64,000 nucleotides of DNA. Source: Spirogloea muscicola (lineage: Eukaryota). The translations under genes and the position numbers were made by a program. Positions 36,162 to 48,401 of the stretch are shown here, piece by piece; position 1 is the first letter of the stretch; every line of letters starts with the position of its first letter. Under the pieces are notes generated by a model. The model had not been told where the DNA came from, searched no databases, and saw nothing but the letters and a program-made list of their open reading frames with translations. The stretch spans positions 283,990 to 347,989 of the forward strand of contig WELB01000026.1 of NCBI GenBank assembly GCA_009602725.1. Direction: 5' to 3'.

Positions 36162-39100
36162 ATGGCCAACAACGAGTGGATCAACGGGTACCTGGAGGCG
36201 ATCATCGACAGCGCACCCATCGAGGACCAGCGCAGCCGACCGGTCGAGGATGACCTCAAGGACAGCTCCAATCCAGCCATCAAGTACTTCATCAAGGAGA
36301 TCACCGAGGGCATTGACGAGCTCGACCTTCACCGCAGCTGGCTTAAGGTGGGGTCCGCTCAATGCTGATGCCTCGCTTGCTTCACGAAATCACTATCACC
36401 TGCCCCATCCTCTGCTTGTGGAGTTGTAGGCTTCCCTCACGAGGTTTTCTCTTCTTCTACTTCCCTCTTCTTCTTCTTATTCTTCTTCTTCTTCTTCTTC
36501 TTCGAACATACTTTTGATATCGACTCGCCAACGACTGACCGGAGAGTACTCTAATGAATTGATTGGATACTTTTGTGTGCCGCTGTTGCTACATCAGGCT
36601 ACTGCAACAAAGAATGTTCAAGATCGTGAAAACCGACTCGAGAACGCCTCTTGGAGAATCTGGCACCTCATCCGCAGAAGGAGGCTGGTATTCATCAATG
36701 CTTTATTTGTGGTGGCTGTGGTTCTGTTGAAATATGTGAATAATCCATGACACTTCGGCCATGGGACTGACGACCAACCAGCGACAAGCAAGAGTTTCTC
36801 ATCAATATGTGGTCGGCGTGATGTTGGTCCAGCTCAATGCAGAAGAGAGGAAGCGCTTGGCACAGAGGCAGATTGAGAAGGCCGAAGCTGGCAAGGATGC
36901 TGAAGACATCATGCCCGATGAATATGCGGATGATGAAACACACCTAGATGTGGCTTCCGATTCAGCGGCTCCTGTGGCCAGCCAGGCAGCTGCACCAGGA
37001 GGCGAAGAGGAGGCTCCCCAGGAGAGGCGGCTCTACATTGTCATGACCAGGTGAGATAGAATGTGCAAACAAGACCTTTTCAAGCCTTCTTGTTTCAGCT
37101 TCCGTGAGTTTGCTCCTGTAAATGCTGACGATAGTATGCTACACCACTGAGTTCTAGTAATTCCCACTGTGCCACCCTACCACCCTGCACCCTGCACTTT
37201 AAGCAATATCTCTGTCAAAGTCCGACAAACTTTACTTGTTTCACACATTTCACATATTTCACACTTTACTTTCTGCTTACTGACGTCCTAACCGCCTGCC
37301 TAAGTAGCAGCTGCGGGGTCCCGTGTCAATGGCAACCGTTGCCTTGTCTTGGACAATATGACAAGCACATGAGCAACTGACGAGTATAATTTTGTGTCTT
37401 CAGTCTACACGGTTTAGTGCGGGGTGAGCACATGGAGCTTGGCCGAGACTCTGACACAGGAGGCCAGGTAGGCATTTGGTGTATGTCTATTGCTGATATT
37501 ATAGAACTTAAGCATTCTGTCAGGCAGTCTTACTTACTCCAGCTTCTACAAATTACTGCAGATAAGACAGAATCATAAGTATCTGGCAGCGTGAGTCGAT
37601 GAACACAACTGGATGACTATAAGTATCCTGAACAGATGACAAACCCTCGCACTGCGAATCTGCACTTGCAGATCAAGTATGTGGTTGAGTTTGCACGAGC
37701 TCTTGCGACAATGCCAGAGGTCAGGCGAGTAGACCTCCTTACAAGGTTGATTGCTGACCCAGAAGTGGACTCCAGTTATGCGGAAGAAACCGAAGTCCTC
37801 CTGGAGGAGGATGCTGAGGACGGCAGTGGTGTTTATGGAGCTTACATTGTCCGCATACCATGTGGACCTCGTGAGAAGTACATTCAAAAGGAGCTCCTAT
37901 GGCCTTACCTCCCCGAGTTTGTTGATGGTGCCTTGGAGTACATCACTTCCACATCAAAAAATCTTGGCAGAAACTTAGGGGAAGGCCAGCCAGTCTGGCC
38001 CCATGTGATCCATGGCCACTATGCGGACGCTGGTGACATCTCAGCCCTACTTTCCGGAGCCTTCAATGTGCCCATGGTCCTGACTGGCCACTCACTCGGC
38101 CGGAACAAGGTACACAAGCATTGTAATCTACACCATAGCAGGGACTGCTTAGACTGAGGGCTGCCGCCTGCCGTATGCCAAGAGTAATCCACCTATCAGC
38201 ATCGCTTATGGCTTCTGTAGTGTTACTGACCAAGACCTTGTATGGTTGACAGCTTGAACAACTACTGAAGCAGCGGCAGAGCCGGGAGCAGATTGATGCA
38301 ACTTATAAGATCATGCGCAGAATAGAGGCAGAAGAACTTGCACTTGATGCAGCAGAGCTGGTTGTGACAAGTACACGGCAGGAGATAGATGAACAGTGGG
38401 GTCTTTATGATGGATTTGATGTCAAACTGGAGAGAGTCCTGAGGCTTCGCCAGCGCCGCGGTGAAAATTGTCATGGGCGGTTTATGCCGCGTATGGCGGT
38501 AGGAAATTGCCTGCGAATTCTCCCCATTTCTTCCATGATGCTGTTTGCTGGCATTTCCTTTGTTTGGACTTGCCATCGTACTTGCCGATGTTCTGTCAAA
38601 TCTAATATCAGGAAACTAGTACTTGGCCTGCACGTTTATGAGGCTGACCGAAGGACTTTGCTTTTTCAGGTCATACCCCCAGGAATGGATTTCAGCCATG
38701 TTGTTGTCCAAGATCCGGGAGATGTCTTTGATACAAATGCCGAAGCTGTTGCCTTCACAGCAGATGATGCCTCCCAAGCAGTGCCTGTCTCGCCACGCAA
38801 TGAAGCGCCACCGCCTATTTGGGGCGAGGTATGGCTGACCTGTGTATTTGAGCTTTGTGCACCTTTCATGTTATCACTTGCAGACTTAGACATAGTCCTG
38901 CAGCCTAGGTCTCTGGTAAATGTTGGAGATATGTGCTGCTATTCTCTGACCAGGTCATGTACGAATTCAGGTCCAACGATTCTTCTCGAATCCCCACAAG
39001 CCCATTATATTGGCCCTTGCTCGCCCCGACCCTAAGAAGAATCTGATGACTCTGGTCAAAGCTTATGGAGAATGCAAGCCCCTCAGGGAGCTTGCCAATC

Positions 39101-42100
39101 TGGTCAGTCCTCCACTAGTACTCCACTATCAAACCTGCCCTTGTTCAAGGTCACCTCAACTCGTGTAAGCGGAACGAGAGCTACCATTCGCCTGACACAA
39201 TCCCACAATTTCATTTTCTTGAGGTTGACGGTTCCATACTAGGAGCAACGCCTGATATGATGCTGATGCACACTGCACTGCTGCTGCGCTGCAGTGTCTC
39301 ATCATGGGCAATCGCAAAGACATCGACGAACTCTCTGGAAGTGCACAGAACGTATTGACAGGAGTTCTTAAACTGATTGATAAGTATGATCTGTATGGCC
39401 AAGTTGCATATCCGAAGCGCCACAAGCAGCCTGAGGTTCCACTTATATACAGACTGGCTGCAAAGACAAAGGTGAGAATCAATCTGATGCTTTTATTGAG
39501 TACTGCATTTGAACTGTTGTGCCAGGGATCCCATTCCAGCAGCAGACAGCTAAGCTACATAAATCATCATCGTCGTGGAACATTGGCAGATAAGCTTTAC
39601 TTCATGGACAGAAGAGCAGACACCAGTAACTTCGACATTTGGACCTCGACTGGTCTCTGATGTTGTTTTGTTGATTGCTTACAGGGTGTCTTCGTCAATC
39701 CTGCGCTTGTGGAGCCTTTTGGTCTTACCCTGATAGAGGTTACTGACCAGCACACCCTGATACTTCAGGCATCTATCTGACAGGGTTGTAGGCTTGGCTT
39801 TGACTTAGATTGCTGAGTTCTTGTGGCCCTGTCTCCTGCTCATATTCAGAGTATTATCCAGACTAGGATAGTTGCTGTGGTGTTACCATCAAACGATTAC
39901 CATGAGGTCAACGTGGTGGTTGTCAATGCAGCTTACTGAGACCATTGTAAGCTGCCTAATGAGGCCATTGTAAGCTGCCTACTGAGATCCATTGCAACTA
40001 ACATTTTGTAGGCGGCAGCATATGGCCTTCCAATGGTGGCTACGAAAAATGGAGGTCCCGTTGATATCCAGAGGGTGCGTGTGCAAATTATTCAGAGAAA
40101 TCTTTTAGTATCTCTTTCATTATGCTACCTATCAGGTTCTTTGGGCAGCCATTTAGTAGCTCAATTAATCGGCACCAGTGCACTTGAGCTGCCAAATTAA
40201 GGCAGTTTCATGCAGGTGCTTTGGTATCTGTGCATTGGGCATGCTGCTTGACTTGATGTAGCGTGTTATCTCAACCTGGATGTACAGCACAGTCATGCTA
40301 CTGCATGTTCTTCTGCAAGCTTGCCATCTTTGGCAATTGACAGCCTGTGTCCTTGTCCTGCATTTCAGACATTGAGCAATGGACTTCTTGTGGACCCTCA
40401 TGATGACAAGGCCATTGCAGATGCACTTCTGAAGTTGGTCGGTGATCGTAAAATGTGGGTCGAATGCCGAAGAAGCGGCTTGCGTAACATCCATGCCTAC
40501 AGCTGGCCAGAGCACTGCCGCACTTATCTGTCCAAGGTAGCCATGTGCCGCATGCGGCACCCGCAGTGGCGGTCCGATCTGGACACCCAAGATACGGAGT
40601 CAGCCACAGATTCTTTGAGAGGGATTGGAGACCTGTCCCTACGCATGTCGCTTGATGCAAGGGGTTCCCTCAAAGCTCTGGATATGGAAAAGCTTCTCCT
40701 GGAACGAGGCACGAGCTTAAAGCCAGGTCTCAAGTCCATGCAAGAAGAGGACCCCTCTGAGGATCATTCAGCAGCGCAGCAGCAGGGCAGTGCAGATGCA
40801 GCTGGGGCTGTAGGATCTCACCTCAAGCAGAAGAAGAGACTATTTGTTGTGGCTGTCGACGACTATTCATCAAGTGGAGAGCAAAAGGGTGGCCTGCTGA
40901 GTGGGATCCAAGCATTGCTACAATGTCAGAAGGATGGGAAGCTGGGCAAAGACGTCGCTTTAGGAGTAGCGACTGCCATGGTGGGGAGGGAGGTGCTGGA
41001 CCTGCTGGAGAGGGCAGGGGTGTCAGTTCAAGAGATAGATGTGCTCATTGCTGGAAGTGGCAGTGAGCTCTACTACCCCTCGGCTGTTGCATCATCGGAA
41101 AGCGGCAAGGGTGGACCTTTGGTGGTGGATCCTGACTACGCCGCGCACATTGACTACCGGTGGGGAGGTGACGGGCTCAGGAGGACCATGGCTCGGCTCA
41201 CGTCAGGAGAGGCTGATGGGTTGGAGGGACGCAATAAAAGGGCCCTGATTGAGGAGTCCAGTCGCTGTGGACAATATCGCCTTGTATACAGGGTCAATGA
41301 TCCTGGCCAGGTATGTCCTTCCTCACTCTTAGCCTACTGGCACTCGGCGATAGTAGGATAGCAGGTGACTATTTCCTGTGTGGTATGCATTATTGCTGCA
41401 GAGGAAATGAGATTAAAGAATAAGACGTGCATCATTGAACAGGTCATAAAGAGTACTGTGCGAGCTGCTCATAGTCTCCACTCTCTTGGCAGGCTCCTAC
41501 GCAGGAGGATCTAAGGAAGAAGCTGCGTATGCGTGGTCTGCGCTGCCATGCCATCTACGTCCGTGGTGACGTGTTCCTGCATCTGCTACCTCTTCATGCT
41601 TCTCGTGCCCAGGCCCTCCGGTATGTCAGCTTTTTTTAAGATTTCGCAATACTGAAATCAAGCAGTCTTTTGTTGGCCAAGACATTGACCAGATATGTTG
41701 TTTGCCCCCACTCTGTGAATTAGAGTGCGCATGATTGAGCTCATCCCATATCTGAAGACATCAATTGCAAGTTTGTTACACCCTTGCAAAGGATGTAATG
41801 AGTCCCACGTTGCCTGCTGAGGGAATTGCAGGATGTTGAAGCCCTTTCTGTCAGTGGTGTCCTATGTAGGCATTGTCTTAGTACACCCTCTAGTTGCCAG
41901 TTTCTGGCCTCTTAGGTGGATTTGAATGCACTGTTAAGCACTACTGCTTTGTGGTGCTTCGGTGCAGGTATCTTTTTGTGCGCTGGGGTTTGGAGCTGAG
42001 TCGAATGGTCGTGCTCGCTGGCCCTAATGGCGACGGCGACTATATGGAGCTCCTTCCGGGCCTGCACGGGTCCATTGTCCTGCAGTCTGCCGCCTCGGAG

Positions 42101-42244
42101 GAGTCCGCATCAGAGACTCCCCTGCACCCAAAATCGGAAGAGGGCGTCTTTGAGTTGGCAAACGTGGTCACGTTGGACTTGGGCCCAACCCCTGACGCCA
42201 TAGTTGAGGGGCTCGGCAAGCTGGACTCATCTAGGGACCAATGA
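36162..42244 (+). CDS. SPS: Sucrose-phosphate synthase (plant type: GT4 plus SPP-like domain), multi-exon
   Basis: [105 protein letters not shown] and [14 protein letters not shown]. Confidence 0.96.
36448..36503 (+). repeat. Imperfect (CTT)n microsatellite in SPS intron 1
   Basis: TCTTCTTCT...CTTCTTCTTCTTCTTCTTC. Confidence 0.8.
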
Positions 42245-42936
42245 CCAGCTGTTTGATTGAGCGACCGCACGGCGTTACGTTACTGAGAAGCAATCCTCTG
42301 CTGCTGTATGTGTTGTGTAACGAGCCTCAGCCACAAGGCTGCAGGCATCGGTGACGTACACCTTCTCTATCCACTCCTGAGCATCCTCTCCCCTCCTCCC
42401 TCGCATGCCTCCACGTCATAAGGTGGCTGCTTTCCACGCGTCCATACGGAGCCTGGGCTGCTGGAGCAGGCTCGCCAGACACCTCCAGCTCCAGCTTCCC
42501 AGCTCCGGCGCTCCGGCGCGTGTGACAGACTGAAGCTTGCCTCCTGGAGAGTCTCAATATGTATGCATCTCCCGCCAATCTTTTGGTGTGGCTTTTTCTC
42601 GCCTCATTTTGCCAGTCAGGCTTTACCGTGCACAACTACATCTTGTGTACTTGCCAGGAACTTTTGCATTCAGTAATATGGGGTTGCAAATTGGACAAAT
42701 GCTGAAATCAACAGTTGCCTGAGAGCTTGGTATGAGTTGGTCCTGCCACAAATTCATTGTGGACATGCTATAACCTTATTACTCAAGCACAAGCAAATCA
42801 GCTTTGTGCTCCTACTCCAGTCCAGCTGAAGAGTCTCGGAAATGTGCTGCATCAGTGAGGCTCAACAAGCCGCATGAGCCCAGGGAGATTCCTACAGCTT
42901 TCTCAACAGCACTTACTACGCAGATAGCTGCCACTG

Positions 42937-44700
42937 CTAGCGTGGCCACCAGAAACTGATAGACAAGCTGTTGTCGATTGCTCGGATGTAATGCCACCTG
43001 CGTCAGCAGGTGGACGGTAACAGTTTGCCAAAGGTGCAGGTGCAGCACCATTACATTATGACTTCGTGATGATTTTTGCAGATCACTTAGTGATTGCAGC
43101 CCTGTGGTGTACCCATGTTTGAAGCGGAGCATGCTTAAGGATTACTTGAGGGGCATCTATACTTAGAGCAGTTACATAATCTCTCACCACTTGAGTGGGA
43201 TATATAGCCCTTCGCCTGGCTGCAACTCGCACTCCCAGAAGGGTGCAGCACCAAAGCCTGGCCACCGGCCAGCTGCGCCAGCCGCCTCAACATTCACCTG
43301 CAGCGCACCCCCTCAATTGCTCATGAGGCACATGAAGCTTGACTCAGGCTGGGCTCCTGCTAGGCCAGCTGCCTAGCAGTAGAAGAAAGGCCGCACAAGC
43401 AATGACAGCACCAATGACCTGCCACAACATCCTCGGAAACGAAGGTCGGCTGTCGGCCGTGCCTGCGAGGTGTTGCGGAGATGGAGGGGCGCAGCAAATG
43501 GGCGCAAAGCTGTGCTACTTGCTGGTGAGTACAGACGCACATACTTGGAGCCCCACACCTGCTTAAGGCAGCCATGCCGCGCACCGCAAGTCATGTGCAC
43601 AGTGAGGTGCGGAAAGCTACTAAATTGATAGGCTTCTCATCAGGGCTTCAGGTTGAGATTGCCACCTCTACAACTCAAAGTGCTTGAATACATTGCCATA
43701 CTGCCAGCAGCAACCGCAGTGCAGTGCTTGGCAGTGCTCCCGGTGGCCAGAGCAGTGAGGTGTTTCTGCTTGCCGCGGCCACTGCGTGGCTGCGGTGGGC
43801 TGCTCTTGACCTGCACGAGGAGGTTGTGGTAGGGGTCACGGTGCAGCGGCGTGGCGGTGCCTGCAGGGCCCATCCAGACGTTGCGCTGGTACACGCCGCG
43901 CCCTGCTTGCACAAGCTCTGGGTCGCTGGCCGCCGCTAGGAACACCGCTGCCGAGAACATCAGCCAGCAGCCCAACGGGGTGCACACTCAGTCGCCCACA
44001 GCAGCAGCAGGGGCAGTGGCGGTGACGCCGCTGGCGGCCTTTGCGGCGACGGCGGCACTGCCAGCAGCCTCGCCTGACAGCCGCTGCCATGGCGGGAACC
44101 TCCTGCAGGAGCTGGTGCTGCGCCAGGTGGCCGCACACGGCCTCCGCCGCCGCCGCCGCCGCCGCTGGCGGGCCCATGAAGCAGTCCATGAAGTCCGCCA
44201 GCGGCACTGTCGTCGCAGCCGCGCCGGCAATGGTTGCAACCGTGTCAGTGGAGGCCCTGACCCTCACAGAACTTTAGGGTGTGCCAGACCTGCCTCCCTA
44301 CACCCTAAAGCCTAGCCCCAAACCCTAGACCCTACTGCCAGAATGTGCCGGCTAAGCCGCCGCCGACTTGAACCCTGAACCCTAAACCCAAATCCTTAGA
44401 TCCTTGGAGGCGGAACGCAACTGGGAACGTGCGGCACGAACACGGCGTCCCCACCACCGCCGCCATGGGACGGCTCCTGGAAGAGGTCCCTGTAGTCTCC
44501 CCACCTGCCTTCCGCGGAGTGCCACCTGGCAGCGCCGCCGCCGCCGCCGCCGTCGCCGCCGCCTCAGGCCGCCGGTCTCTCGGCGCGAGCCCGACGTGAC
44601 CGGCAGCGCCAGCCGGCGTCGTCGGCGGCGGCGGCGGCGGCGGCGCAATCACGGCAGGAGTAGGGCTGCCGGGGGGGGTGGCGGGCGGCACCTTCGCCGT
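42937..44700 (-). CDS. JmjC-domain 2-oxoglutarate oxygenase (JMJD5/KDM8/cupin_8-like), 5' boundary uncertain
   Basis: HLAQHQLLQEVP, NVWMGPAGTATPLHRDPYHNLLVQV, GSKYVRLYSP, CELQPGEGLYIPLKW/WHYIRAIDNSLSISFWWPR*. The HxD...H facial triad is present. Confidence 0.88.
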
Positions 44701-45034
44701 ACCGCGGGCCTGGATCTGGTACGGCCGCAGCCCTGCCCCCGCCAGCGCGGCGGGCCCGATTCAAAAGCTGCCGCCGCCGGGCCCGCCACTCCGTACCGGC
44801 GCGGGTACGCCGAAAAGGGATGAGGGGTTTTGAACCCCGGGCGTCTGTAGGCCGTCCGTGGCGCCGCATCCGACGGCGCCCGGCGGAGATTCCCCTCCCT
44901 CCGTGCGGGATGCCGCGAAACTTCCGCAGGCTCCTCTGCGGGCCTGGGAAGTCATTTGCCCACCAAGCGACCGCCGGCAGTCGACTGGTTGGCGGAGGCG
45001 CTAGCGTTGGCGAGGGTCCCTTGCTTTCATAGGA

Positions 45035-45465
45035 TAGGAAGAAAGGGCTCGCCCATTGAGGATAGGGGCTGGAACAGCCACGCCCAAAGAGAATGAACAA
45101 AGTACAAGAAGGAGAAGGGGGCCAGGGGAAGCACTAAGAAAGAAGAAAGTGCTCGCCCATTGAGAATAGGGGCTGGAATAACCAGCCCGAAAAAGAATGA
45201 ACAGAGTACGAGAAAGTAGTAAGAAAGACAAGCACAAAAGCAGCTACGAATCCCTCAGTATCCCTTGCAGTCGCAGGTCAGAGATGCTAGGCTCCTGGAA
45301 GTGGGTCCCCGGGCCAGAGCCAGAGGCAGCAGCGAGGGCTCTGCCTGCACATAGAAGAAGTGGCACTCCCAATGGGGGCAAGGGCTGCGAAAAGCCAGCC
45401 CAAAAAGAATTGACATAGGTGCAGCGCGCGTGCCATACACCTCTGCAGCGAGACGGCCAAGGGCT
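45035..45465 (-). mobile_element. Subfamily-A retrotransposon 3' end carrying two nested insertions
   Basis: The host codes LAVSLQRCMARALHL..AGRALAAASG..SLSDLRLQGY*. A nested A copy has TSD TAAGAAAG (45135-45142 and 45220-45227). A nested C copy has TSD ACATAG (45349-45354 and 45413-45418). Confidence 0.85.
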
Positions 45466-45707
45466 TCACCTGCAGAGGACGGGCCCAGCTCCGCTTGCCC
45501 CCCANCTCCACAACCCCCCTCTCGCCCTCTGCCTCTCTCTGGCCCCCCTCCCCTCCCTCACTCGCACCTCTCCTCCCTCACCTCCCTCACTTCTCTCCTA
45601 TCTCCTTGCTCTCCGCTCTCCTCTCTCCCCCCTTCCCATATACCCCTCTCCCATCTCTCTGCTGCCCGCACCCCCCTCCTCTCCTCATTGCCTGCAGCCT
45701 CCGCGCC

Positions 45708-48186
45708 ATGGGCGCCTCGCAGTCGGCCGCTGAGTCGGGGTCCGACGGCGACGACGAGCCTGGCGAGGAGGCAAGAGGAAGAGGAGGAGGGGCGGGAAGC
45801 CTGGGTGATGCCAGCCCCGACAGCTCCTCCCCACCCTCCTCCCCTCCCTCCTCCTCTCCCCTCGCCCCCCTGCTGCCCACCTCCCACCTCCCAGCGGTCC
45901 CGATCGTCCTCTCTCTCAAGGACATGGTCGACTGCCAGCCCCTGCCGGCGCTTCCGTCGCCGCAGCCGGCGACCGGCAGCGACTGCAACCTTGCCCCTGT
46001 GTCGCTCCGCCACGACGAGAACGATGTGCAGGCCACCAGCAACTGCCCCCGCCCTGCGGTCAGCTCCTGAGCTAGGCCAAGCTCTTGCACTCTGCCCCTT
46101 CCCTCCTCTTGCCTGCTCTCTCTCATTGCGCCCCACCCCCCTCCACCCTCCCTCTCCTTCTTATCCTTGTCATTGGTTTCTGATCCTGAACCTTGAATAG
46201 ATGGACAGTCGGCTTGTGGCAACACCTATGACCAGCCACCATGGTAGCCGCTGTGCAGGCTAGCACGCCAGGGCCGGCAGGTGAGGCCAAGTGGCAGAGC
46301 CTCCGGTCCTCGTCAGGCCATGGCCAGCTCGGCGGAAGCGGCAACGGCAGGGGCGGCGGCTCAGCAAGCCAGCCCACCTCTCTGCCCTCCGCCTCGCTCC
46401 CCTCGCTGCCGCACCCGCTGCCACAGAACAGCCTCGCGTTGCCTCCGCCGCCGCCGCCGCCGCCAGCTGCCGCCCTCCTTGCCACCACCACGGCGCCAGT
46501 GCTACCACCGCCGTCGCCGCAGCTCCCGCACCTGGCACTAATGCCGCGGCCGCTGTCGCCCTCGCCCAGCCCTGCGATGGGTCTCGTCCACTCCGCACCC
46601 GGCGCGGCCCTCTCGCCGCGCCGCCGAGCCGCCGGCCTCGTCGTCGAGGTCTTCCTCATCCGCCACGCTGAGAGCACCATGAACGTGCAGCCACACCTCA
46701 TTGGGGGCCGCTCACCCACCGCCACGCTCACTGGTCAGCACTCCTCCCTCCCTCTCCTCCCCTTCCTCCTGCTCCTCCCACCTCTTTCCTCACCTGCCTC
46801 AGTGGATGCTGTCTAACATGTACTGTGGAAGGCCCAGCCCCTTCTCCCTTGGCCCTTTCTCACCTCCCATACCACCCGCCTCCCACCTCCCTCGGTCGCT
46901 TGCCTCTTGCACAATGGTCACCGCGCCTACTGACATTTCCCCCTTCTTGCTCCCCTTTCCCCCTTGACAATCTCCCTCCTGTCCACATTGACGCAGAGCG
47001 AGGCCAGCAGCAGGCTGCCGCGCTCGGGCGCTACTTGCGTGAATACCACGGCCTTCGCTTCCACGCTGTCTACTCCTCGCCGCTACAGCGCGCGCTGGCC
47101 ACGGCCGCTGTTGTCTGCCAGGTCTACCACCAATTCCCCTCTTCCAAAGCCCTGAAATCATGACCTTGCCCCGTTTGAGGACCTCATGTAACTGTCTTTG
47201 TCAGAGGAGAGTGAGAGCAGGGAGGGAGAGTAGGGAGCAGAGGAGTAGGAAACTTTGTGGTGGCAATGAGGCCGTGTTTAGATTGACGACTCAGGCTGCG
47301 AGCAATGTGAGCGAGGGCTGCTGCAGGAAATGGGCCTCTGCGAGGAAGTGGTGGAGGTGGCGGATGCACTTGCGGAGCTGAGCCAGGGCACGTGGGAGGG
47401 CCGCTTGCGCAGGCACGTGTACACAGACACCGTGCTCGCCCGCATGGCCGCCATGCAGCCCGACTTCCGAGCGCCTGGCGGCGAGTCCCAGCGTCAGGTA
47501 GCAGATCTCCCTCCTCCTTTGCCACTTGTGAATCTCACTCCCCCTTGTCAGATCTCCCACATCCCTTACAACCTTCTACTTCACTTCTTGTGCCCTCAAA
47601 GCAGCTCCACTTGTAAACCGAGCTGAGCACACTCTGCCACCTCCCTCGTCCCACCACTGTCGCACAGGTAGCATTCCGGGCGGTCGAGTTTCTCCACTCA
47701 GTGGTCCTACCAGCTGCGGCGGCTTCTGTCGCTCTCGATGCCCCGGATGTTGCGGGTTCTTCAAAGGCAGCTGCGCTTGCCGAGGGCGTGGGCATTCTGG
47801 ACTGTGCGCCCAGCTTCAGTGGTGGTAGCGGCTGCACAGCGGAGGAAGCAGGTGGAGCGGGAAAGTGGCCAGAGAGCCCCCAAGCAGCGGCCAGCAGTAG
47901 TGGAGGAGGCGGCAGAAGCGGTGGCGGTGGCTGCGGCAGAGGGGGCGTGCACCGTGTGGCAGTTTTCACACACGCCATGACCATCAAGTGTGTGATGGCT
48001 GCGCTCTTTGGCGCCGGCGCTGGAGGCCCCGACCTGCACCGCCGCCTCGACTTTGACCCATCGAGCATCACACGCATGCGGCACTCCTCCGTCAACGGCT
48101 GGCAGCTCACCGGCCTCAACGACACTGCACACCTTGTGCTCGCTCGAAGCCCGCTTTTTGCTGGCCGGCACCATGACCAACTCTAG
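45708..48186 (+). CDS. Histidine phosphatase / phosphoglycerate-mutase-like protein, multi-exon
   Basis: VFLIRHAESTMNVQPHLIGGRS, VYSSPLQRALATA, LAELSQGTWEG, PGGESQRQV, VAVFTHAMTIKC and LNDTAHL. Confidence 0.88.
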
Positions 48187-48401
48187 CCGTGGGCCAGTGC
48201 GCCAGTGGCTACTTAATATTATCTTGATGTCCAGCGCCGCAGCCACTTTGCACATCGACTTGCAATCTAAGTAGGAAAGTCCCCGCTCTGCGAGAGCGCT
48301 TAGGAGAGGAAGGGATAGTGGTAGCTGTCATTGTGGAGAGAAAGGAGGACATAGGGCGGGGAGGAAAGGAAAAAGGGGGTGTGAGGGGGGGGGGGNCGAC
48401 A

